This document shows positions 35,909 to 45,251 of a stretch of DNA of 64,000 nt, in pieces. The DNA is from Melioribacteraceae bacterium (GTDB lineage Bacteria; Bacteroidota; Ignavibacteria; Ignavibacteriales; Melioribacteraceae), in NCBI GenBank assembly GCA_021740785.1, contig JAIOZI010000021.1:824-64823 (forward strand), written 5' to 3'. Every line of letters starts with the position of its first letter. Position 1 is the stretch's first letter. The notes beneath the pieces are model-generated. The model had not been told where the DNA came from. It was given only the letters and a program-made list of their open reading frames with translations, and searched no databases. Both the position numbers and the translations under genes were made by a program.

Positions 35909-37213
35909 TCATTTTAATTGATCGAGATATTCCTTCAAATGTTTGTAATTAGGTGTCAGTTCACCCTTGTACACAATTACTGCCCTTTTAATCTGTTCCG
36001 GGTAATTTACTTTCTCGAACGTAAGTGAAAGATCAGCATTTACGATACCGGGAACAAAGGGCATCAAGGATTTGCTGAACTCAATCGATGAATTTCTAGG
36101 AAGTTCAGTCGGCAAATTATCAACCGAGATGTCAACCACACCTTCACCTTCGTAGCCATCGGTTATTTCATCAGTCGAAGGATTATATACAAATGCCGGA
36201 TTATCAGATTCAGTTGCTTTGACGGTAAACTCAATTCCCCCGTCAATATCGCAGCTTATATCGGCGATCACCAAAAGTTTCAGATCATCAATATTCTGTT
36301 TTACAAATTCCTTTGTTACGATACGCGGGTAACGTTCATCCCAGTAGACAGCATTTACAAGGAGCGTTACATACTTGAGATATTTTTCGAACTTTGATTT
36401 GTATTTATGCGGGTTATCATAATAATCCTGTAACTCAAATTTATTCGAACTTTCAACCGGTTCAACCAAGTCATTTTCTTTAAAGATAACTTTGTAAAAT
36501 TTCCTGGTGTTTGTATTTTTTAGCGTGAGTAATTCATCCGGAGTGATTTCTTCATACGGAAGTGCGGCAAAAACCTCTTGAGCGCCGTTGGAAACATTTC
36601 CGTATCCGGCAAATCCAAAAACATAAGGCGCAAATTTTTCAGGTAATCCTTCGGATGCTATTTCCTCACCGACTTTTGCAATTTCATCTATCGCTTCAAC
36701 AACGTCTTTGTACTCATAGGCTGATTTAATTTTTAGGAGAGGTGTATCATAACCCAATGCTTTTAGTCTTAATCCAAAACCATGCAGACCGTCAATCATT
36801 CCCGCCAAACCTGCATATTTACCGAAGAAAACCAATCTTCTTCCGGATTCGTTAGCAATGCATTCGTAATCAATCAATGTGCATTTAAGATCAAGAAGTT
36901 TTTGGAGCATCGGCATATTGTAATCTTGACCTTTGATTGTATGAGAAAAATAGATGTATGTTTTCTCTTCTTTCAATAATTCAGTTGGAATTTCTTTTAC
37001 TGCAAAAATTACAGGCGCTTGATCAATAATTTCGTCGACACTTGCTCCAGCATCAATAAATTCCTGATCACTGAAAGCTCTTTCAGGAAAAGGTTGAATT
37101 ATTGTTTTTATTTTATGATTATCATGAAGTGATTTGATGTGTTCAGGAATTAATGGTACGCGTTTTTCCCAGATATTTTTATCTTCGCGTCGAATTCCGA
37201 TAAATTTTTCCAT
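35909..37213 (-). CDS. lysine-ketoglutarate reductase / saccharopine dehydrogenase (L-lysine-forming) of the alanine-DH/PNT fold
   Basis: N-terminus IGIRREDKNIWEKRVPLIPEH...IIQPFPERAFSDQEFIDAGA matches the LKR domain of AASS-type enzymes. Confidence 0.7.
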   Translation of the reverse strand: MEKFIGIRREDKNIWEKRVPLIPEHIKSLHDNHKIKTIIQPFPERAFSDQEFIDAGASVDEIIDQAPVIFAVKEIPTELLKEEKTYIYFSHTIKGQDYNMPMLQKLLDLKCTLIDYECIANESGRRLVFFGKYAGLAGMIDGLHGFGLRLKALGYDTPLLKIKSAYEYKDVVEAIDEIAKVGEEIASEGLPEKFAPYVFGFAGYGNVSNGAQEVFAALPYEEITPDELLTLKNTNTRKFYKVIFKENDLVEPVESSNKFELQDYYDNPHKYKSKFEKYLKYVTLLVNAVYWDERYPRIVTKEFVKQNIDDLKLLVIADISCDIDGGIEFTVKATESDNPAFVYNPSTDEITDGYEGEGVVDISVDNLPTELPRNSSIEFSKSLMPFVPGIVNADLSLTFEKVNYPEQIKRAVIVYKGELTPNYKHLKEYLDQLK

Positions 37214-37365
37214 AGTCGAACCTCGGCTAAAAAGAGAATTTTTTCATCATAAAACTTCGCCAAAATCGCCCAGAACTCCAAGTAAAAAGGGTTTCCGATG
37301 CAATATTTACAGCAGTTCTGTAATAAAAATGATAAATTTCATGAACACTATATTGGTTTTGAGAA

Positions 37366-38052
37366 ATGAGTTATTCCGGTAAAATATTTGTTATTGCAAC
37401 CCCGATTGGAAATCTTGGAGACATTACGTTGAGAGCTCTCGAAACTCTTAAAAATGTCGATTTTATTCTTTGTGAGGATACGCGTACATCCGGGAATCTC
37501 CTCAGACATTACGAAATTTCCAAAGAATTGATTTCACTAAATGCAAAAAATGAAAGAGGGAAAATCGATTGGATAACCGGTAGAATAGAGAAAGGAGAAT
37601 CGGGTGCGCTAATTTCCGATGCGGGAACGCCCTGCATTTCAGATCCCGGGATTAGATTGATTAATTCGTTAATAAAAAACGGGATTGATATTATCGGCAT
37701 TCCCGGAGCAAATGCAGCTCTTCTCGCACTTAGTATTAACGGTCTTCCTACCGATTCTTTTTTATTCGAAGGGTTTCTACCGCAGAAAAAAGGTCGGCAA
37801 AAAAAATTAAAAGAGCTGGCTGAAGAAAAACGAACTCTTGTGTTGTATGAATCCGTGCATAGAATTGAAAAACTATTAAATGAAATATCTGAATATATGC
37901 CGGATCGTACAATTGTTGTTAACCGCGAGCTTACCAAAAAATTTGAAGAAAGCTGGCGCGGTACAGCATCCGAGATTATTGAACAACTTCCCGGCAAAAC
38001 AATAAAAGGTGAATTTGTTGTTGTTATTTCACCAATAGATTGGAGAGAATAA
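37366..38052 (+). CDS. rsmI: 16S rRNA (cytidine1402-2'-O)-methyltransferase
   Basis: IFVIATPIGNLGDITLRALETLKNVDFILCEDTR, SDAGTPCISDPG: RsmI tetrapyrrole-methylase-fold signature. Confidence 0.85.
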   Translation: MSYSGKIFVIATPIGNLGDITLRALETLKNVDFILCEDTRTSGNLLRHYEISKELISLNAKNERGKIDWITGRIEKGESGALISDAGTPCISDPGIRLINSLIKNGIDIIGIPGANAALLALSINGLPTDSFLFEGFLPQKKGRQKKLKELAEEKRTLVLYESVHRIEKLLNEISEYMPDRTIVVNRELTKKFEESWRGTASEIIEQLPGKTIKGEFVVVISPIDWRE

Positions 38053-38087
38053 TAACAGGCAAATGATTTATAAATTGGATTAATTAT

Positions 38088-38618
38088 TCAATTCACGCTT
38101 TTATAATCTTTCACAAATTCAAGAACAGCAATAGCCAGAGCTGTTTTCAATTTTTCGCCGAGATTTTCCGGATTAGTTATTCCCATGGCATCACGTTCCC
38201 AGGTAATACTCGAATAATGAAGCACTGTCCGGTCACGGTCTAAAATCACATCCTGAATAAATCTTAAGATTGCAGAGTATGCAATTTCAGATTGGTCTTC
38301 ATTATATGCTACTCTCAACTGTAGTTCCAAACTTGGAGACCCTTTTAATCTATTTGCCTCGGAAAAATCGATAACTTTTATCCCGGCAGTTTCCAACTGC
38401 ATACGTATAAAATCCTCGTACACTTTATTGTTTATATTTTTTCCAAGATCAAGGTCTTCCAATCCCCAAACATATACGCCGACCTCAGGTAAATCTTTGA
38501 GCGCCTGCAATTGAAACTCTTTAAATTGATCAATAGAACTTTGAGCATTCACAATATTTGAAAGAAATATGAATACAACAATATAACTACAGGTAAGATT
38601 CTTTCGATTAAAATGCAT
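38088..38618 (-). CDS. secreted hypothetical protein
   Basis: Signal peptide ...SNIVNAQ. No motif recognised. Confidence 0.4.
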   Translation of the reverse strand: MHFNRKNLTCSYIVVFIFLSNIVNAQSSIDQFKEFQLQALKDLPEVGVYVWGLEDLDLGKNINNKVYEDFIRMQLETAGIKVIDFSEANRLKGSPSLELQLRVAYNEDQSEIAYSAILRFIQDVILDRDRTVLHYSSITWERDAMGITNPENLGEKLKTALAIAVLEFVKDYKSVN

Positions 38619-38627
38619 ATTTATTTC

Positions 38628-39149
38628 CTATTCGCTGTCGTAATTTATTAAAGAGTGAACATCATACTTTTCTAATCTATTTCTCCCTTTAAGAAATGTT
38701 AATTCAATCAAAAAGGATATTTGCACTACCTCACCGCCCAATTTCTCAATTAACTTACATGCGGCTTCCATTGTTCCACCTGTTGCGAGTAAATCATCAT
38801 GCAGTAAAACTTTATCACCGGGATTAATTGCATCTTCATGAATTTCAATTGTATCCGTACCGTATTCAAGTTCATAGGATTCGCTAATTTTCTTATAAGG
38901 AAGTTTGCCGGGTTTTCTAACCGGAACAAAACCCGTATCTAATTTTTCTGCAAGTGCGCCTCCGAAAATAAAACCACGAGATTCAATTCCAACAACTTTT
39001 GTTATTCCTTTACCTGAGGCTAAATTATATAATTCTTCAAGAGTTTGTTTAAAACCATCCTTGTCCATCAGCAAAGTTGTAATATCTTTGAAAACTATAC
39101 CTTCTTTTGGAAATCCGGGAATATCTCTAATCAATTTTTCAAGGTCCAT
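38628..39149 (-). CDS. apt: adenine phosphoribosyltransferase
   Basis: IPGFPKEGIVFKDIT, GIESRGFIFG, PRPP loop VLLHDDLLATGGT. 173 aa. Confidence 0.9.
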   Translation of the reverse strand: MDLEKLIRDIPGFPKEGIVFKDITTLLMDKDGFKQTLEELYNLASGKGITKVVGIESRGFIFGGALAEKLDTGFVPVRKPGKLPYKKISESYELEYGTDTIEIHEDAINPGDKVLLHDDLLATGGTMEAACKLIEKLGGEVVQISFLIELTFLKGRNRLEKYDVHSLINYDSE

Positions 39150-39158
39150 TTTAATCTC

Positions 39159-40841
39159 CTAGTTGAATTTTCTTTTGATTTTTCTATTGAGAAACTTCTC
39201 AAATTCAGATTTACTAAAGCAATTTATAACTTCAGAAGATTGCAATCCACCCTTCCGAGCAATTTTTATCCCGAAATTTATATCATGAATCCCGCTAGTT
39301 GAATGTGCATCTGGATTAATAGAAAATAAACATCCTTTTTCTCGGGCATAATAAATGTGCCGCCAGTCTAAATCCAGCCGGTTTGGATTCGCATTAATTT
39401 CGATTGCTACATCATTTCGGGAGCACGCATCAATAATTTTATTGATATTCACTTTATACGGAGCACGTGATAAAAGCAGCCGACCTGTTGGATGCCCCAA
39501 TAAATCGGTATTTTCATTTTCAATTGCAGTGATGATTCTTTGTGTCATATCTTCTTCACTCATTCCAAAGTTAGAATGCACAGATGCCACCACAAAATCA
39601 AATATTTTTAAAATATCTAAATCATAATCCAAATTTCCATTTCGAAGAATATCACTTTCAATTCCATGATAAACTTTCAAATCAGAGTTTGAATTGAATA
39701 CTTTTATATGTTTGTTTTGTAATAAGATACGTTCTTCATTTAATCCATTTGCATAAAAGGCTGACTTACTATGATCGCATACTGCTAAATATTTAAATCC
39801 GATCTTCGATGCTTCATCAGTCATTTCTTCTAACGTATTTAATCCATCCGAATCTGTTGTATGAAAATGCAGTAATCCTTTGAATTTATTTAACTCGAGG
39901 TCTGAATTGGTTTGTAAATTTTCCGGAGCAGCAAAATATTCATGCTCCCTCATTTCTGGTATGACAAAATTCATATTATTCTCATCAAAAATCTCTTGTT
40001 CGGTCTTGAACTCTTTCTCTAGTTTTGAAAAATTATTCTCATGCAAAAATTTATCAGAACCGGTAAGTCTAAACTGAATTCTATGAAATGCTGATTCTTC
40101 TGTAACACAATATAAAAATACAATCTTGGATTCGATCAAAAACTTCAATGTAAAGAACTCTATTCCTTCAGATAATAATTCATAATCGTATATTTCTTTT
40201 AGTTCACTTTGGAACTTAGTTTTTTCCTTCACAATAAGAATTAGTTCTACTTTAGATAATGTTTCCACACTCCTTCTAAGTTCACCGGTGAATTGGATGT
40301 CTGAAACCGAATCAATATTTTTTAATTCGCTAATTATTTCATTTCCCAATTGGATAGCTTTATGCAGCAGAATTTTACCGCGTGCTCCGGTAATTCTATC
40401 AATTTCTGCTAATATCTTTTCCTGTGTTTTTCTCCCGAATCCTTTCGTAGCGGCAATTTTGTCATCCTTGCAAGCTTGCTCCAATTCTTGTAGATTCGAA
40501 ATGCTCAATTCCTCATTGATCTGTTTTACTTTTTTTACTCCCAATCCTCTAATTGAAAAAATTTCGAACATACCTTCAGGAATTGATGCACGGAGCTCTA
40601 TATAATCATTTACAACACCGGTTTCATAATATTCTTTGATTACTGTTTGAAGTCCTTTCCCTATTCCTTTAACTTCTTTTAATTCATTATTTTCAATCAT
40701 TTCAGCTAAATCTTTTTCAAGCTGCCTCAACACATTCGCGCCATTTCTAAATGCATTTATTTTAAACCGGTTCTCTCCCCGGAATTCCATCAAATCCGCC
40801 ATATCTTCCAATACAGTAATTACTTCTTTTTTTAGTGACAT
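39159..40841 (-). CDS. polX: family X DNA polymerase with C-terminal PHP phosphoesterase domain
   Basis: N-terminal HhH (NAFRNGA...KGIGKG), 560 aa. PHP motifs LHFHTTDSDG, CDHS, GIESD, SVHS, NPDAH. Confidence 0.8.
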   Translation of the reverse strand: MSLKKEVITVLEDMADLMEFRGENRFKINAFRNGANVLRQLEKDLAEMIENNELKEVKGIGKGLQTVIKEYYETGVVNDYIELRASIPEGMFEIFSIRGLGVKKVKQINEELSISNLQELEQACKDDKIAATKGFGRKTQEKILAEIDRITGARGKILLHKAIQLGNEIISELKNIDSVSDIQFTGELRRSVETLSKVELILIVKEKTKFQSELKEIYDYELLSEGIEFFTLKFLIESKIVFLYCVTEESAFHRIQFRLTGSDKFLHENNFSKLEKEFKTEQEIFDENNMNFVIPEMREHEYFAAPENLQTNSDLELNKFKGLLHFHTTDSDGLNTLEEMTDEASKIGFKYLAVCDHSKSAFYANGLNEERILLQNKHIKVFNSNSDLKVYHGIESDILRNGNLDYDLDILKIFDFVVASVHSNFGMSEEDMTQRIITAIENENTDLLGHPTGRLLLSRAPYKVNINKIIDACSRNDVAIEINANPNRLDLDWRHIYYAREKGCLFSINPDAHSTSGIHDINFGIKIARKGGLQSSEVINCFSKSEFEKFLNRKIKRKFN

Positions 40842-41444
40842 TTAAGTGTTCAAATTTGTTAGAAGTATAATTTGTAAATAAGTTAATACAATACCGAATA
40901 GTATTCCAGCTAAAACTTGAGCCGGAGTGTGGACTTTAAGTTTTAGTCTCGACCAGCTAATGACTGCTATCACTAATAGATAATAAATTGAGCTTGCTCC
41001 GTAAATATAAATCAATGCTCCCATTGGGATTGATGCTCCGATAGCATGAGCGCTAATTTTCCAAAATTTATTGATTAGAATCATTAGAAAGGTATTTGAG
41101 GCATAGATCAGCCATAGAAAAATAGAAATACTGCTGGTTCCAAAGGAGTAAAGTGTTAACGCTGCTGATAAACTGAGTATGATCCCAATTAAGTAAGGAA
41201 CTGTTCGTTCTTCTTTTATTGTAGCATCAATGTTAGATACCTTGCTCCATTTACGAAGTATAACGAAAAATATAATCGGTAAGATTAATCCGTAAAAAAG
41301 TCCGGATAACAATACAATCCATTTCCCATTAAATTCACTTTCAAAAGTGAGTGCAGCCAATAAAAATAAAAGAAAAGTAAATGAGGGCGGAACAAATATG
41401 TTCGAGATTATTCTGGCTGTTTTATAAGAGAGAGATTTTTTCAA
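40842..41444 (-). CDS. PAP2-like integral membrane phosphatase
   Basis: Six hydrophobic segments. KISAHA (PSGH-like) and SRLKLKVHTPAQVLAG (SRx5Hx3[D/Q]-like). Confidence 0.4.
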   Translation of the reverse strand: MKKSLSYKTARIISNIFVPPSFTFLLFLLAALTFESEFNGKWIVLLSGLFYGLILPIIFFVILRKWSKVSNIDATIKEERTVPYLIGIILSLSAALTLYSFGTSSISIFLWLIYASNTFLMILINKFWKISAHAIGASIPMGALIYIYGASSIYYLLVIAVISWSRLKLKVHTPAQVLAGILFGIVLTYLQIILLTNLNT

Positions 41445-41455
41445 AGTATTTTATT

Positions 41456-42457
41456 TTATTGAATTACGTTTTGTAAATCTTGATGCGTTTTCAGGTAATC
41501 AATGTAATTGAATAATATTTCTTCAATCGGAGCATATTCTTCATGTTTCATAATTTCCGAACGAATAGAAGATGCATTGTATAATCCTTTCAAATATCCT
41601 GTATAAAATTTTCTAAAGGGTATAATTGCTCTTCTTGGTTCATCCTTGCATTCAATTTCATACCTGAGGTGCCTCAAACAAGTCTGAATTTTATCCTCAA
41701 AAGTTATTTCGGAAGTATATTCAGCTCCCAAGATTATTTCTTTTGACTGCTTAAAAATCCATGGATTACCAATCGCTCCTCTAGCTATCATTATTGCATC
41801 CGCATTAGTTTCAGCGAATGCGCGCTTAGAATCCTCAGCAGTGAAGATTCCGCCATTTAAGCCCACGGGAATATCAACAACTTCCTTAATTCTGGGTATC
41901 CAATTCCAGTCTGCATCGCCTTTATGCCCTTGTGCACGAGTCCTACAGTGAATTGTAAGAGCTTGAGCGCCGGCATCTTCCAATCTTTTTGCGACTTCAA
42001 GAATCATAATGTTATCTTCATCCCAGCCGATTCGTGTTTTTACAGTAACGGGCTTTTCCACAGCTTTAACTATTGCTTCAACCATCTCCTGCATGTAAGG
42101 CGGATCAAGAAGCAGACCGGCGCCGGCGCCTCTTCTAGCTACCTTTTTAACCCAGCAGCCTGCATTAATATCTATCAAATCAGGATTGTTATCCCCGGCG
42201 ATCTTTGCAGCTTCAACCATAGAGTTGATATCATTTCCATAAATTTGAATTCCGACAGGACGTTCTTCATCGTTAATTTCCAGTTTCTTCTTAGTTTTGA
42301 GATTATTTCTAATTAATCCATCCGAATTCACAAATTCCGTGTAAACAATATCAGCGCCGAATTCCTTACATAATTTTCTAAATCCGATTGATGTCACATC
42401 TTCCATCGGTGCAAGAAGCAGCGCTTTATTTATCTCAATATTTCCAATTTTGAACAT
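41456..42457 (-). CDS. tRNA-dihydrouridine synthase
   Basis: LAPMEDVTSIGFRKLC, DINAGC, TVKTRIGW, HCRTR: Dus family blocks. Confidence 0.85.
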   Translation of the reverse strand: MFKIGNIEINKALLLAPMEDVTSIGFRKLCKEFGADIVYTEFVNSDGLIRNNLKTKKKLEINDEERPVGIQIYGNDINSMVEAAKIAGDNNPDLIDINAGCWVKKVARRGAGAGLLLDPPYMQEMVEAIVKAVEKPVTVKTRIGWDEDNIMILEVAKRLEDAGAQALTIHCRTRAQGHKGDADWNWIPRIKEVVDIPVGLNGGIFTAEDSKRAFAETNADAIMIARGAIGNPWIFKQSKEIILGAEYTSEITFEDKIQTCLRHLRYEIECKDEPRRAIIPFRKFYTGYLKGLYNASSIRSEIMKHEEYAPIEEILFNYIDYLKTHQDLQNVIQ

Positions 42458-42460
42458 CTG

Positions 42461-43654
42461 CTACCCTTTCCAACTCTCTTTCATTTTTTTTGAATTAAGA
42501 AATATAATACTCATTAAGAAAGTAATTAATGTAAAAGCAGCCCCGGTAAGAAACGGAGCTTGGTAACCAAGAAAATCATATGAGAATCCGCCCCATAACG
42601 GTCCTAGAACCCTCGCAAAAGATGCAAACGATTGATTAAGCCCGAGTATAGCTCCCTGCTCTTTATCCGGGGCATATTTTGATATCATACTTAAAATAGT
42701 TGGCTGCAGCAGACCGGTTCCGAGTGCTAAAATGGAAACAACTATTGCAACGCCCGTAAAATTCTGACCAAATGGAATCAAACCCAGTCCTATCATCATT
42801 AGAAAAGTACCAACAGTAATTAGAAAAGTATCTTCAAATTTCTTGGAAATATATCTAATTAATCCACCCTGCACTAATGCGCCAATTATTCCAATAATTC
42901 CAAACAGATAACCTGTTTGCTGATCAGTAAAATGATAAACCTTATAACCGAGAATTGCGAAAGTACCGTAAATATTAGCCATCGAGAAAACAATTATGAA
43001 GAAAAGAATTATCAACACTCCGACCGAGGGATGTTTGATAGTTTCAATCACAAATTTAGTGTCGAATAATTTTATGCTGATTTTTGTATCGGTCTTCTTT
43101 TCCTTTAAGGATTCAGGCAGAAAAAAAACAGTAAACAAAAATGCCATGAATGAAAAGGCTGCTGCACCGTAACCGGCATATGCATAACTGAATTTTGAAA
43201 GGAAACCACCGATCATCGGTCCGAAAACAAATCCCAAACCGAAAGCAGCGCCGATGAGTCCCATTCCTTTCGATCGCTGTTCTTTAGGTGTAATATCGGC
43301 AATGTATGCTTGGGCAACTCCAATATTACTTCCTCCTAAACCCGCAAGTAATCTTGAAAGAAATAAAATTAGGAATGAACTGGAGATACTGAAAATTAAA
43401 TAGGAAACCGCAGTAGTCAACAAGGAAATCAAAATTATCGGTCGTCTGCCGATTCTATCCGAAATTTTACCGAGAACCGGGTTGAATAAAAACTGCATCA
43501 ATGAATAGATTGCAACAACTGCCCCGATACCGAAATCGGAAATACCCAATTGTTTCGATGCAAAAGTCGGAAGAATTGGAATCAGAATACCGAATCCAAG
43601 AAGATCTATAAAAACGGTTAGAAAAATAACCGAAAGTGATGCTTTTCTATTCAT
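42461..43654 (-). CDS. MFS transporter (TCR/Tet-like)
   Basis: 12 TM segments. GKISDRIGRRP motif A between TM2 and TM3. Confidence 0.8.
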   Translation of the reverse strand: MNRKASLSVIFLTVFIDLLGFGILIPILPTFASKQLGISDFGIGAVVAIYSLMQFLFNPVLGKISDRIGRRPIILISLLTTAVSYLIFSISSSFLILFLSRLLAGLGGSNIGVAQAYIADITPKEQRSKGMGLIGAAFGLGFVFGPMIGGFLSKFSYAYAGYGAAAFSFMAFLFTVFFLPESLKEKKTDTKISIKLFDTKFVIETIKHPSVGVLIILFFIIVFSMANIYGTFAILGYKVYHFTDQQTGYLFGIIGIIGALVQGGLIRYISKKFEDTFLITVGTFLMMIGLGLIPFGQNFTGVAIVVSILALGTGLLQPTILSMISKYAPDKEQGAILGLNQSFASFARVLGPLWGGFSYDFLGYQAPFLTGAAFTLITFLMSIIFLNSKKMKESWKG

Positions 43655-43716
43655 AAAAGTATTAGGAGTATCTATCCAGATTAATTGTTTAATTTAAACT
43701 TACTAATATAGCAAAA

Positions 43717-44901
43717 TCATTTTACGGGGGCGAATTTAGAATTAGTCAATTTTTTCTGAATTAATTCGGTTAGTTTAATTTTAGGATTGGATATCATTAT
43801 TGATTTCGTATCTTCAAATTGTTCAGCCATTTTTGTGCTGTCTTCCGATGAAAAAAATGCGGGCAGGCTGGCATCAAGAGATAATTGTGACGGATAAATT
43901 ATATATTCTCTGCCTCTATCTGAATTTCCTTTGAAAATCCAAATAGGAAGAATCGATAAATCCGAGATATTAACAGAATCTTTTGTGAAATTTTTTGTTA
44001 CGGAAAAATTGAGAATTGCTCCCCCATCCGAATACCGCCATCTTTGATTCGATATAAAATTACCCAATGAATAAGCAACAAAACCTGTATCAATATTACC
44101 GGAGACTGATTCAAATAACTCAACAGGCTGCACAACATGCGGATGGCTTCCGATTATAACATCCGCACCATGGCGCTGTGCTAATTTTACAATATCAATT
44201 TGGTATGGTGTCGGTTCGGTTTTGTATTCATCACCAAAATGAAAATATACAATAATAATATCGGGATTTTGTGTTTTTGCATTTTGGAGTTCCTTAATTA
44301 TATCAGATTCATCGATCATACTCAGCATAAAACTTTTACTTTCCGGCATATGCATTCCATTATTGCTGTATGAGAATGCCAGTATCGCGGTCTTGATTCC
44401 ATTTAGATCGAATATCCTTATCGAATCTCGATCTTCCTGCGATAAATAAGTACCGAGATGAGTCATTCCATAATCAGATATTTTTTCTATTGTTCTCAGC
44501 ACTCCCGAAAAACCTCTATCGATTGAATGATTATTGGCTGTAATCATTAAATCGAATCCAGAATACGATAATGCTTCCAAAAATTCGTCAGGCGTATTGA
44601 AGACCGGGTAACCGGAATACCCAGCTTTTTTACCTGCAAAAACCGTTTCTAAATTTCCAACGGTAAAATCGGAGTTACTGAGGTAAGGTAAAATCTCTCT
44701 GAAAACAGGTTTAAAATCAAAACTATCCCTTCCCACACTTGAATATTTATATTGGGTTGAGTGACACATAAGATCGCCGACAAATGAAAATGTAGCAGTT
44801 GTTGATGAATCGGGTTGAATAGAATGATTCGTCTGACTGAATATCCAAGCCGGATAAACAAAAATAATTAATAGAGCAATAAAGCTTCCAATAGATTTCA
44901 T
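43717..44901 (-). CDS. CapA-family metallophosphatase-like protein
   Basis: FSFVGDLMCH, GNLET, ANNHSID, VIIGSHPHV: CapA/PGA_cap pattern. Signal peptide present. Confidence 0.7.
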   Translation of the reverse strand: MKSIGSFIALLIIFVYPAWIFSQTNHSIQPDSSTTATFSFVGDLMCHSTQYKYSSVGRDSFDFKPVFREILPYLSNSDFTVGNLETVFAGKKAGYSGYPVFNTPDEFLEALSYSGFDLMITANNHSIDRGFSGVLRTIEKISDYGMTHLGTYLSQEDRDSIRIFDLNGIKTAILAFSYSNNGMHMPESKSFMLSMIDESDIIKELQNAKTQNPDIIIVYFHFGDEYKTEPTPYQIDIVKLAQRHGADVIIGSHPHVVQPVELFESVSGNIDTGFVAYSLGNFISNQRWRYSDGGAILNFSVTKNFTKDSVNISDLSILPIWIFKGNSDRGREYIIYPSQLSLDASLPAFFSSEDSTKMAEQFEDTKSIMISNPKIKLTELIQKKLTNSKFAPVK

Positions 44902-44965
44902 ATACTATATTTTAAAATTGTTTATAAGTGTGAGATGAGGTACAGCCTGTGAAGCAATACAATTG

Positions 44966-44992
44966 AAGATGCCGGAAAAACTCCGGCATCTT
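44966..44992 (-). terminator. hairpin after the Hc1-like gene
   Basis: aagatgccgg-aaaaact-ccggcatctt, a 10-bp perfect stem 50 nt after the stop of 45042..45230. Confidence 0.5.
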
Positions 44993-45041
44993 GCAAAATC
45001 ATTAAATACAAGAAATGAAATAAAAATCAGATATTTCCTAA

Positions 45042-45230
45042 TTAATCAGTTTTTCTCTGATTTTTTATATCTTGAACTTCATTGCGAAGGTCTTGTGCTA
45101 ATTTTTTTACTTCGCTTAATCCTTTTCTGAAACGTGTACCTGCAGCCGACTGACCTTTTTCGTAGAATTTCACTACGTCAGTCTCTAAGCTTTTTAAGTA
45201 CTCGATTAAATCATAATATTTCTGGCTCAT
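45042..45230 (-). CDS. histone H1-like nucleoid protein (Hc1 family)
   Basis: 62 aa. ...KFYEKGQSAAGTRFRKGLSEVKKLAQDLR... matches the Hc1 core (G..aAGTR.RK.l...K.LA..lR). Confidence 0.7.
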   Translation of the reverse strand: MSQKYYDLIEYLKSLETDVVKFYEKGQSAAGTRFRKGLSEVKKLAQDLRNEVQDIKNQRKTD

Positions 45231-45251
45231 AGCTACTCCTGTTTTAGTTGA

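Noticed and set aside
37134-37382. 82-aa plus-strand ORF across the LKR/rsmI divergent spacer
   Set aside because: It overlaps the LKR start region in antisense, with no SD or motif. This is probably promoter DNA.
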